Assembly: GCF_036588685.1 (NCBI RefSeq)
Contig: NC_086373.1
Location: forward strand, 7,378,001 to 7,442,000
Reading direction: 5' to 3'
Origin: Mytilus trossulus
Taxonomy: Eukaryota
DNA: 64,000 bases
A program made the translations under genes and the position numbers. Below, in pieces: positions 49,101-60,348 of the stretch (the first letter of the stretch is position 1; each line of letters starts with the position of its first letter). The notes beneath the pieces were generated by a model. The model was not told where the DNA came from. It did not search any database and saw only the letters and a list, made by a program, of their open reading frames with translations.

Positions 49101-52100
49101 CCCTAATTCCTAAAATATTGGGACAAAAACTCCCAAAATCAATACCAACCTTCCTTTTATGGTCATAAACCTTGTGTTAAAATTTAATAGATTTCTATTC
49201 ACTTTTACTAAAGTTAGAGTGCGAAAACTAAAAGTATTCGGACGACGACGACACAGACGACGACGCCAACGTGATAGCAATATACGACGAAAATTTTTTC
49301 AAAATTTGCGGTCGTATAAAAAAAATGATTTAGACCCACGAGCCCCCTTAAGGTGGTATGGGAGTCTAAAATAAAAATGATAGAATTTGTTCATACTTTG
49401 TCAAAATGTAGTATCTATTGATACATGTTCAAAAATATCATAAAAATGATAGGTCACCGCGCATTTTCTCAAGCTACAGGTTGTGACAAAATGACAAATT
49501 TTGTAATGGATTATACAGGAAAAAACAACATTTTGTGAATAGAAACTAAACAAAATGATAGAATTGTAAAATAAATTAGGAAAAGATTGCTGTCAGACAA
49601 TGCTTTGAGAATATCAAAAGAAAAGATAGGGTCACCATACGTTTTTTTCTGCTGAAAGACAAAATAGGAAAATTTCATGTAGAGTCCTTCAGAAAATGCA
49701 CTGTTTTATAGTTAACTCCCCTTAAATTGACAATTTGAAAATATTAAAAAAAATATAAAAAATAATCTACACTTGTAAAAATATTAATATTTTTAAATTA
49801 TATTCTTATAAATTGGTTCTTATAAATGAAAATTCACATTAAATATCTGCATTCCTGCATCAAATTTTACTAACTTGATAGAAAATATGGACCTTAGATT
49901 CTCTGTTTTTTTACAATCCAAGATGGCGAAATACACCCATACCACCTTAAGTACACAAAGATATGTCTATCTGATTTAAATTTTCTTTTAAGATATTTTT
50001 TTTAAAGCTTCATTATTTACTTGTCCACTTTGCATTTTTGTTCTGTATATATAAAATTTAGTTAATAAAATTGCGGTTCCTTAAGTAATTTTTTTCTCTA
50101 AAATCCCAAATAAAACTGTCTAATTTAAGTGGTAGTTCAAGTGAACAGATGAATATATCCACCTACCAAGTTCTTCTGAGTCATCAAATACTTTATAAGA
50201 CATGTCCAGAATATGTGTTCTGACATTATTTTTAATATAAACATCCAATGGATGATTGTGATGGTCCAGATTGGGCCAATTATTCAAACAAGTAAAGACT
50301 CAACAACATGAACCCAATCATCATGCATGGAAGTGATATCAGGTGCTCCACAGCAAGAACTTACCAGATCATATTCCTGTTGGTTCTGAAAAGACATGTT
50401 TGGCTGAGAGGATGCTGAATCTCTTCGTCCCCAGTTACTGGACTTAAGACTTAAAACTGATGCTATCAAACATTGACTTGTCCTGAAATAACAACAACAT
50501 AATCGGACTTAATGATAAAAAAGAATGTGTTGTCTTTGTGTTTGAACTTAATTAATAAGGTAATAAATTAAATTAAATACTGCATGGACGCAGCTTGATA
50601 GGACCACAGAGGTCAAAACCCATATTAGTTGGGGCAAGAATGGACACTACATTCAAGCTAGATACAGCCCTTATTTAGATTGTGATTTAACATTTATCCA
50701 AGCAAAGGTTTCTGATACAGAATGAATGTGGTCAATGAACTTAAAATTTGAAATTAGATATTCACCGATTATTGCCCAATATCAAAATATAAATACATGA
50801 TAAGGATCAGCATATCAAAGGAACCCAAAATTCTATTTTTGATGAAATTATGAAATCATACAAAGTTTATTTTTGACCTCAATGTGGACCAATCTGATAA
50901 CCTGGCTCAAAATCAAATACCTGAATACAGTTACAGATACAGAAGAACATCAAACCCCATATTGAAAATAAACAAAGTTGAACCATATTAAAAACAGGGA
51001 CTAAAAAAAACAACATAATTACTATTTTAGTTTTACTTACTTATTTAAATGCTGATTTGCCTGTAACTGACCAAGACGTGTAAATATTTCACTATAGTTG
51101 CCTTCTTCAGGTTTATTTAAATGTCCTGTATCTTCAATTGCAGCTCCTGCCATCTATCAAATTTAAAATTAAATTGAAAACACTATCAAAACACCAATAT
51201 TATTAGTGTTCATACCACAAGTAAATATCAATAGAACTGTTCACTAATACTCCTTTGCCATTTTGTTCATTCATTTATTTCAATATCAGTATAGATTGAA
51301 AATAAACACACATTCTGTGAGTATTGCATAGCAATACATAGTTTATTACCAGTTAAAAGTTCATTCTATTGAAACAAAACTGTAAATTGATCTGTAACTT
51401 GTCATGGTGTAAACTTTATTATAAATACCAAGTAGTTATCTTCAAACATGACGAAAAAAAGTGTTGAAAACCGATTATTTAAGTGAATTTTCTATGTCCA
51501 AGGACCAAACTCTGCACACAATTATCCTATCAAAACAAAAATCAACCATGATCTGTAACTTATCCTGATAAAACTAATACGAATTAACTAATCAAAATCT
51601 TCAAGAATGACAAAATGAATTGGGCAAAATTTAGTATTTTAGGTAATTTTCTAGGTTTAAGGACATTAACTCATAAAATCACCAGACATGAACAAAATTC
51701 AAACTTGATCTGTACCTTGTCATGATAAAACTATATACCACTACATGTGATAACATCAATATATTCAAGAATATAAATTGCGCAAAAATCATTATTTTAG
51801 TAAATTTTCGAAGTCAAAGGAGCTCGACCGAAACTCTGCACAATTTTTTTCAGACTGGAACAAACTTTGAACTGATCTGTAACTTAGTCATGATAAAGCA
51901 ATTCACCGAATATCAAATCAAATTCTTCAGGCATGAAGAAAATAAGTGTGGAAAATTGATTTGCCAGACAGAATGCACAGAGTACAACCCTAAGGTCATC
52001 TCCATACACCAATCCCAGGACTTAAGAGATTGTCTTGCCTGTACATAATTTTGTTGAAATGTTAAAATTATATTGGTAATACTTTTAACATGTAAAACAT

Positions 52101-55100
52101 GCAAAACAATAAAAGTCACTGAATCATTACTGAATGTGCAGGGCCATATTACCTCTATGGAAATGAGATGTGCCAATGCTTATAAATTTGCATACCAAAT
52201 ATGATTGACTTATCATAAGTGGTTTCCCTTAAACAAACATAATTACAAACAATAACATGTATATGCAAAAGTTTTTAAAGTCAATAAGTCAGGAGTCAGA
52301 AAGCAGGGTCAAATAATAATCTTAGAAATAAGATGTGCCAATACTAATACAGTAGAAAGTATCCTTGACCTATCTTCTTGGTATGACAACAACTGAAATA
52401 TAGTTATGTTCATAACTAAAAGAAAACATTCAATATAAGTTCCAATAGTTTGTTACTTACTTTTAATAACTGTGTGGCAGATTTGACTGTTTCATCTGTA
52501 GAATGTTCCAGTAATACCAGCAGTAAATCTCTAATAACAAATCTAATAACAGCTATTTTTTGTTTAACACCTTGTGCATTCTCTACCTATAATATTTCAG
52601 TCAAATGTTAGTTGTTTTTGGTTAACATTTCTTTTAATAATATTCATAAAGCCTACCTTTCAGGTAAATAACAGTTATAGATAAAGAAAAGAATGGACAC
52701 ACAAAATGTCTTCGATTGTTTGTGTTAAATAGTACCATTTACAGCAAAAATTAGGTATAACCTAGGTGCTAATTTTTTTGGTGGATGAAGCCAGGATGTC
52801 TAGAGACCAAAACAACCTTTCAATCATAGTAAAATAAGATCAGTGTTAAAGGTACCTGCCACTAGTAAATTAAAAAAAATATAGCTGGTTATTTTCGCTG
52901 GGTTGTAATTTTTAGCTTATTTTTGCTGATAGAAACAAAATCGGTAAAATAAATTCTGCCAATTAAAAAGTGCACATGCAAAGGAATAGATAAAAATTTT
53001 GAATCCGCCAATATAATAACTGCCAGATATTTCGTATACATTATTCAATGAAAATTGTGAAATTTTACACCTTCAAAGTTAACCCGCTGTACAGTACTTA
53101 GACCACTCAGTATGAATATTAAAAGTGGTTAAAATATTTTTTTAAGGTTGTTCTTGAAAAAGAAATAGACAAGTTGATATTTTCTTTTCAAGCCCCACTG
53201 ATGAAACTTTTATCAAATGATGGGTTTCTGTTGTATGGAATTAAAACTCTCCTATTATTGATGAGTTTGTAAGTAAACATGGCATAGAATATATTTCGTA
53301 CTTCTACATTCAAAAATAGTTCTCCCATAAACATTGTAAATCCACATAATCTGGAAACTGATTCTGGATGTGATATTAATTCTTCCTTTTTCAAATATTC
53401 TTCTTTGCATCTGTAAAAAACAAACAAAATATATTCATTTTTCAAAGTATATTGTATTTACCTAAATATTTTATATGTTCCTTGTTTCTCATCTATCCCA
53501 CCTAGGATATTATTACTGTCTATAAAATAGAGAATGATAATGGGGAATGTGTCTTTATATGTTCCTTGTTTCTTATCTATCCCACCTAGAATACTATTAC
53601 TGTCTATAAAATAGATATTGGTAATGGGGAACGTGAGACAACAACCTGACCAAGGGGCAAATAACTATTGAAGGCCACCAATATAAATGTATAAAGTTAA
53701 ACATGTAAATGTGTAAACATAAAATGGAGATTATAGTGACATATTTTTAACAATCAAGCTCAATGATGCATTTACCCAAAATCATTTTAATATAGGAAAT
53801 TGGAATGCAAACTGAAAATTATATAACCTTTAGTTTTTGCAATATTTTTGTAAAAATAGAAAATGTACCACTAATAATAATTGATTAACAAATCAACTGA
53901 TTTAATAAGTCTTTAATAAGTCGAGCACAAATTAACACAACACAAAACTACAACTGATAATACTAACCGTGTAAGGAAAAGGTTTCTAAAGTTGGAAAAG
54001 GCTGCATTTCCTTTAAGTTGATTAGATAAATACTGCACTACCTTCGCACCAGTATATCGAAAATTTGGTTCTATTATACTCTGAAAACATTATCAAAATT
54101 GTAAAACAATTCTAGAGGAGTTAAAACTTACATGTAGTTAATTCCATAAATTTGTCCATCCTTAAAACTGTAGAATTTCATAATTGTTTATTAGTTTTTT
54201 CCACAATAATTTATAGGACGTTAATCTGTATATTTGTCCATGTTTTCACTAGAATTTTGAAGCATGTTAAGTAAGGGAACATAGTTTTGTTTACATTATT
54301 TTAAATAAAGTCCAATCCACAGTACAAATGCATACCATCTGCAGTTCTTTTCTTAAATAAATTATCGAATGTTTTAATCTACTTTATCATTGAAATATTG
54401 GTTTGTCGTGTATGTTTGTCTTGCAGCAATACTGTGAAAGTACTTTTATTCGTGGAGTACCAATTTTCGTGGATGACTTTTTCCACGAATTTAAGTCCAA
54501 GGAAATAAAACAACCATTGTCCAAATCAAGACATGGTAAGATCCCCATAGGTAGGTTTGACTAGTGATATGATCTAAAGAATATATTGAATAATGCAAAT
54601 TCTGAGAATACTTTAATAGCAGTCACAGAACTACAACCGCATGTAGGATTATACCCATGTAATCTTTAATAACCTAAATTTTAAAACATTTGATCCAAGT
54701 TTAATTCTCATAAAAAAATATTTTCAAATAGCAATAAAAGGAAATATGTCCAAGGGACACAGATGCTTTCATTAAATGTTATAAACGGACAAAACTAGAG
54801 AGACATATATGGATGCCGCCCAAATTCAAACATGATCTGTGTTTTATGATAATTATGTACAAGTTTCATAGCAATTGATTAAGGCAAACTAAAGTTAGAG
54901 AACAGCTACTTATATTTGGATGTATGTTCGGATGAAGGACTAACAATGGTAACACATCATGCCCTCTCCCCTGCCGCTTGAGCATAAAAAAGTACCTGTT
55001 CGAACAAGCTTTCTACAATATTATTAATAGCTTGGTCATCGGAGCAGTTCTGCAGCAAATCTACAAAAGGTTTTAATGAATCTTCAACACTACCAGGTTG

Positions 55101-58100
55101 TATTGTCATTTCATATAGTATACTATTGAAGGCATCAATGATCTTCTCTACTGATGGAGATGGTCCAGATTGATTTATATCCTGGGGACCAATATTTACT
55201 AAGCGTTGAAAATCTTCAAATAAATTATTCTGAAAATTATAAATAAAATACAAATGTTATTAAGAGTAGCACTTTACTATGAAATATTGGAATAATAAAA
55301 TAAACACATTACACAAGATCTTATTTTCTATTATAGGTGTATATAACAACTTGTAAGGTGTCAAAGCAAAACAATACATGTAATAGCCTTTCCAGAGGTC
55401 ATAATTATTTAGACTAAAATGGTACCAATATTTCTGCACCAGATGGACATTTCGACAATCAATATCTCTTCTTGTATATCTGCACAAAGCCTTACTTATC
55501 ATCATCTCAAAAACAAAACAGAAATGTCTAGTTTAAATATTCATTTCACCTTGAGTAAGCATTTACATTTAAAATGACAAATCCGAACATTTGTTTAAGA
55601 AGCAATATGTTTAATCTAATTCAAAATCTATTAGTTTATACTTAAAAACACACAGCAATATATATTGGACTCTTGTTGTTTAGAAACCATTGGGAAAGTG
55701 ATAAAATGTCAACCTAATTTCGACCCAAAGGGAGCACAACTCTGATTTGCAAGGGATTGTTTAAACACACCATGCTCTATACTGTCACAAGTGTAACATT
55801 ACCTCTCATTGTACGATAATTAGGACAATCACTTTCACACTTACGGAAGATATTGTTGTCACTACAAAGTTACAAACATTAATTTATCTTCACACAAAAA
55901 ACACTCATTTCAGCTCCTGCAGGCAAACATTTATTTCCATAGAGAATGGATGCAAACTGATGAGATTAACTAATACTAGCCCTTAGTGCTAGGTGTGGTT
56001 ATTACAGTATATAATAATAAGTGTATGTGCTACCTGATTAGCATAAGCTGGAAATGGTGACTGTCTGGGTACAAACTCAGCAGCAGCTACAGAAAGATTG
56101 GAAGCCTAGAATAGAAAGCATTAAGTAAAGAAAGAACTCTAAGCTTTGACTGTTAGAAATGTAAATGGATGCAATTCTGAGAAGGAAAAAACCTAAAGCG
56201 TGTTAAGTTTATTCACTTACAGCTGGTTTCATTGAGTGTGAAGCCAAAGTTAATATCTTTGGTAAGCTTGCTTGTTAACTGAACCGTGAAGTCATTGTTA
56301 GCCTAGGTCAGGTAAACTACCCTCCTTTAAGAGTAGACTAGTTCAGCAGATAACCAATCTATCTGTCTGTTTGACCAGGCTAATTCGAAAGGAGGGTAGT
56401 ATATCTGACCTTCACAGTTCAGCTAACAAGCAAGCTAACCAGATATATTATCTTCAGCTACACACTCAATGAAACCAGCTGTTAATTAAATTTGGTTATG
56501 ATTGTTCATTGGGTTTCAAGATTACATCTCTTTATTATTCATATTATCAATTTCAAAACAGCATTTGACATATTTATGAAATATTTATAGTACTATTGTT
56601 ACATTGACATAAAATTAGGGTAGGAAGGCAAATTTGGAGAGATTTGTACATGTGAATAGATTTTTTCTGGTAAGAGCATGTTCAATTGAGGAACCAACAA
56701 TAAATTTCAAATCCTGATCATTAAAATGAGAAAAATACCATTATATTAGTACTCTGATGTACATGTGGCAATTAGCCTTGATCTGTCACATGTAACAGCT
56801 TATATGTCCCATGTAACAATGTTAAACTCCCATATGGTTCAATGTTAAACTATGAACGTAATTAAGATTTTCTAATTGACATATTAATTTGATTACCGTA
56901 GTTATACACAGTACACCCCTTAGAAATTGTTCTTACTTCTTACCTTTATTTTATTTTGATTGAATAAAACAAAAGTTGAAACTAGAATGCAAAGTTGTGA
57001 CATGTTATCTTATCCATCACAACTTTCAAAGTGACCTTCAGTTGTTTAACTCTTTTGTCAGGTTGTTGTCTCTTTGACACATTCCCAATTTCCTTTCCCT
57101 ATTTTATTTCAAAGTCAATGAATTCTAACCATACTTGAAAGGTTGGGTATACGTACAAATCATTATAATGGAAATGAGATATACAAATGCTTATACAATT
57201 ACATATCTTTGACTTACTCAGTAGTTCCCCTGAACTGACTAAGTTACAAACTGCTGCATATAGACCAGATACTGATAAACTAATAATCTTCCTTTTCTTG
57301 CACCAAATTTGTCAGTAAAAAGCATTCACAAAAGCATTATGTACTATCATATATATAAATGATGGGATGTGTATGGCAAGTCATTTTACTATCTATTCTA
57401 ACTTGAAGATATTTCATTTAATATTATAAGATACAGTATCTCATATAAAATGTAAGATTTCTTATATCCTTTATCATGTTTATAGGATATCGTAAAAACT
57501 TTATTAGATATTGAATATAATATATAAGATATATCTCAAATAATATTAAAGATACCTTATATAATCTTGTTTTAATAATATATCTTCATAATAAACATTA
57601 CACTTACAAATTCTTTTTATATAAGATATCTTGAAGTTAGAGTAAATAGTAAAATGATTTGCCAAAGGTGTGGTATGGTTGCCAATGTGACAACTATCCA
57701 ACTACCAAAGTTTAAGTGAAGTGAATGTAAGCATAAAGGCATTATATGTACAATTCTACTGTCTGTCTTCAGTATACATTTGTACTTACTGCTTTGGGAA
57801 CAAATTCTTTAGCTGTAGCTGATAAGGTTGTCTTCTTTGCAGGACTTAATGATGCATCTCTAGAACCTAAAATGTCAGATAAAAACAAATTTACAAATAG
57901 GGGATTTCTTAAGTAACACAGAGAATAGAACAATTAATGTAACTCTTAATTTGGGAGTTACAGGTTTAAAATCTCAAGTATATATTATGCAATATGCATC
58001 TATATTTCCTTTTAAAACAAGTCTTAAGCATTGTTAAGTTAACTGTAAAATTCTAAAATATAATACAATTTAGTATCCACTTTGATTATATAGTCTGTGT

Positions 58101-59889
58101 GAATGATTTAGCTCTTTCTAACAAGCACATTAGCAGCTTAGCTAGATGTGAGTTACAAGATATGAAAAATTTCTTCTTCTCACTATTAGATACGTCAAGC
58201 AGAGCTCCAGATAAGAATTCACAAATTGGGGTTTTTACCCCTCCATTTTTTATTTAATTGAGTGAAATAGTTTTTCAATTGCATAATTAATTCCAGTCCA
58301 CCCCTCAAACAAATATCAAATTGGGTTTTTCACCACCAAGCTCCTTAATGTATTGGGTTTTTTATTAACACGATATTGAATGTGTGTGTTAACTCACCAA
58401 CTAAAATGAAATAAATATATACTCTTGAACTATAAATAAACAATTTTTTTGTCTAACTTTATTTACATAAATCTGGATTTACTTGTCCTTTAACAGAACT
58501 TTTGGTTTCCGAAGTAATTTAAGCAGGCAAACACGCCTGGATTCGCCATTGAATGACCCCGTGCATTCAAGCGACACTTCCTAACAACACTAGCTTAGTC
58601 TTGTTATCATCATAATCCTCTCAAAAAGAAACTCAAACATGCTTAAAAAGCTTCTATTCAATATTTTTAGGCCACAATTAAAAATATTTTGGTTTGCCCA
58701 AACCCTACCCAAAGGTTGAGACAGTGGGTAGGTAGGTAGGCATTTTCTTCTTTTTTTTTCAAAAAGAGAAATTGAAGTTTATTAGTCTTCATGCCTATCT
58801 GATAAAAAAAACCTTCTTCAAATCAGGACAATAAAAGAATTTGAGCAGGCAGCTTTTTTCTGGGTAGGTATAGTGTTTGGGCAAACAAACCTATTCTTTT
58901 TTATGGCCTTACCAGAAATTTACTTTTGTTTTTAATTTATTGCTATTAAACTGTTATGTTCAATCCCGAGAAGTATGAATCGAATTATGACGCAATGGCT
59001 AACGATCATTGGATAAAGACAGAGAAGATCGAAATGTTTTCATCACCACGTGTACCTTTAACATCGCTCTATTTTTAGAACAAAAAGACATTTCCGATTT
59101 TCAATATTACATAAATAGATTTACGCGACGACTATGTAATAGATAAGGGTGAATAACGCATACCATAGCGACTTAAAGCGTTAAGAACTCATAGTTTTGA
59201 CAAATTATTGGTTTTTCCTTTGCATGAATTGGGTTTTAGAACGCAGCAATGAACACTTGCATTGGGTTTTCAATTATTTTTATTGCGTAATCACGCAAAT
59301 ACGCAGCTTATCTGGAGCTCTGTCCAAGGCCATAAAGAATAATTAAACCCCTGTATTCACTTTCAAAAATCTTAGACCCTGTTTGGATTTGTATCTAGAG
59401 TTCTTATCAAATTTTTAATTTCAGTCTGTTTTATTTTAAACTATAGAAGAGTGTTGCATCATCGACACATGCAGGAAACAATTGGTAAAAATACCTTAAT
59501 TCAAAGTATTCATTATATTAATATTCCATAATCATTGATAGGGTTGGTTTGAAATTGAATAGATTTACTTGGACAAATACATATTTTTTGTACCTGATAG
59601 CAATAACAGATTTATATTTCAAGGAAACTGAAACATGTGATGTGTCAAAACTTTTGCATTAACCAGACTAAAGAATGAAATCCTGTATCATATAAACATA
59701 TACTCCTATCAAATGAAACTCCATACACACAATAGCAGTATAGAAACACAACAAACCTGGACCATATGATAACCTTGCTTGTGTTGATTCGTGTGGTTTT
59801 CTCAATTCTTTCTTAGGGCTCGTTCGATTATCTGAAGAACGATCGGGATTAGACATAATGTTCATATCACCGTTTATGTTGTTAGACAT
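46179..59889 (-). CDS. PAIP1: Polyadenylate-binding protein-interacting protein 1 (PAM2 motifs, MIF4G domain, acidic PAM1 tail), about 463 aa, 11 exons
   Basis: Exons 59889-59757, 57866-57790, 56105-56034, 55229-54996, 54080-53968, 53410-53302, 52586-52461, 51153-51041, 50482-50365, 46765-46572, 46281-46179 (1392 nt, in frame). Motifs LSATAKEFVP, LSVAAAEFVP, PNFRYTGAKVVQYLS, FMGELFLNVE, LKSSNWGR, NEPIFYNSKG, MDDEMEAAYEEF match PAIP1. Confidence 0.94.
46811..49347. mobile_element. TTAA-target non-autonomous DNA transposon (Kolobok-like) containing a nested HINE
   Basis: TTAA|GGAGGCTCG ... CGAGCCCCC|TTAA. Confidence 0.75.
47329..49325 (-). mobile_element. Helentron/HINE-like family A, best-preserved copy with two internal tandem arrays
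   Basis: ACCAGATGCTTCGCAGGGCGTAGCTTTATACGACCGCAG ... GACGACG ... TTTGCGGTCGTATAAAAA (TATACGACCGCA subTIR). Units of about 130 bp at 48095-48620 and about 155 bp at 48620-49235. Confidence 0.85.
49352..49946. mobile_element. TTAA-target MITE (Kolobok-like)
   Basis: TTAA|GGTGGTATGGG ... CCCATACCACC|TTAA; shares its left TTAA with the previous element. Confidence 0.82.
50578..51000 (-). mobile_element. Degenerate family A fragment
   Basis: Homologous to 47340-47500 and 48100-48350 (GTTGGGGCAAG..TGGACAC..CATTCAAGCT; CAGCATATCAAAG). Confidence 0.65.
51310..52020. mobile_element. Degenerate HINE-like element with AAACTTGATCTGTAACTTGTCATGATAAA tandem units
   Basis: The unit recurs at about 51385, 51548, 51700 and 51870. 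Confidence 0.55.
53470..53635. repeat. Local tandem duplication (2 x about 83 bp)
   Basis: TTATATGTTCCTTGTTTCT.ATCTAT.CCCACCTAG.ATA.TATTACTGTCTATAAAATAGA..AATGGGGAA occurs twice. Confidence 0.8.
56220..56481. mobile_element. Almost fully palindromic MITE, TSD TTA
   Basis: CAGCTGGTTTCATTGAGTGTG / CACACTCAATGAAACCAGCTG, with pairing continuing inward (AGCTTGCTTGTTA/TAACAAGCAAGCT, ACTACCCTCCTTT/AAAGGAGGGTAGT). Confidence 0.85.
57375..57663. mobile_element. MITE with internal AAGATAT repeats
   Basis: TIR GGCAAGTCATTTTACTAT / ATAGTAAAATGATTTGCC. Confidence 0.72.
58200..59322. mobile_element. hAT-like non-autonomous element in PAIP1 intron 1
   Basis: Perfect TIR CAGAGCTCCAGATAAG / CTTATCTGGAGCTCTG; TSD imperfect (GTCAAG/TCCAAG). 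Confidence 0.78.
58670..58908. mobile_element. PIF/Harbinger- or Zator-like MITE nested in the previous element
   Basis: TTA|GGCCA...TTTGCCCAAAC / GTTTGGGCAAA...TGGCC|TTA. Confidence 0.78.
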
Positions 59890-60348
59890 GTCTTTTCTGT
59901 GTCTATCTAAAATATTGGTATGTTACACTCTAATCTAAGGTGAGTTTTACGAAATCATTGCGAAACTTCATGTAAACAGATGCTCGAAATCATAATTTGG
60001 TGCGGGATTAACTAGCTGATGTTTTCAGTATAAACAAAATTTTATTTTGATAATATAAAAATTGAATACTATAATATATATTTTTTTATCAATAAATATG
60101 TTCATAAATCAATATTCGTTATTCAAAAATATTATTTATTGAAAAAATAAAATAATTAATACGGATACATTATGAATTAAAATCTTATATTTAATATTTT
60201 GAAGACAAAGTTCTTTTTATCGAATCAATTATTGTCAAAATATTTAAAATAATGTATAATTAAAGAAAATTGATCACTCAATAATAAAGTATTAACATAT
60301 TTAATAAAATATTATAGCACTTTTACGGAGCAAATCACAAATGTAAAC
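59890..60348. promoter_or_regulatory. Putative bidirectional promoter between PAIP1 and BRIX1
   Basis: Divergent ATGs at 59889 (-) and 60349 (+), with a very AT-rich core at about 60030-60320. Confidence 0.65.
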
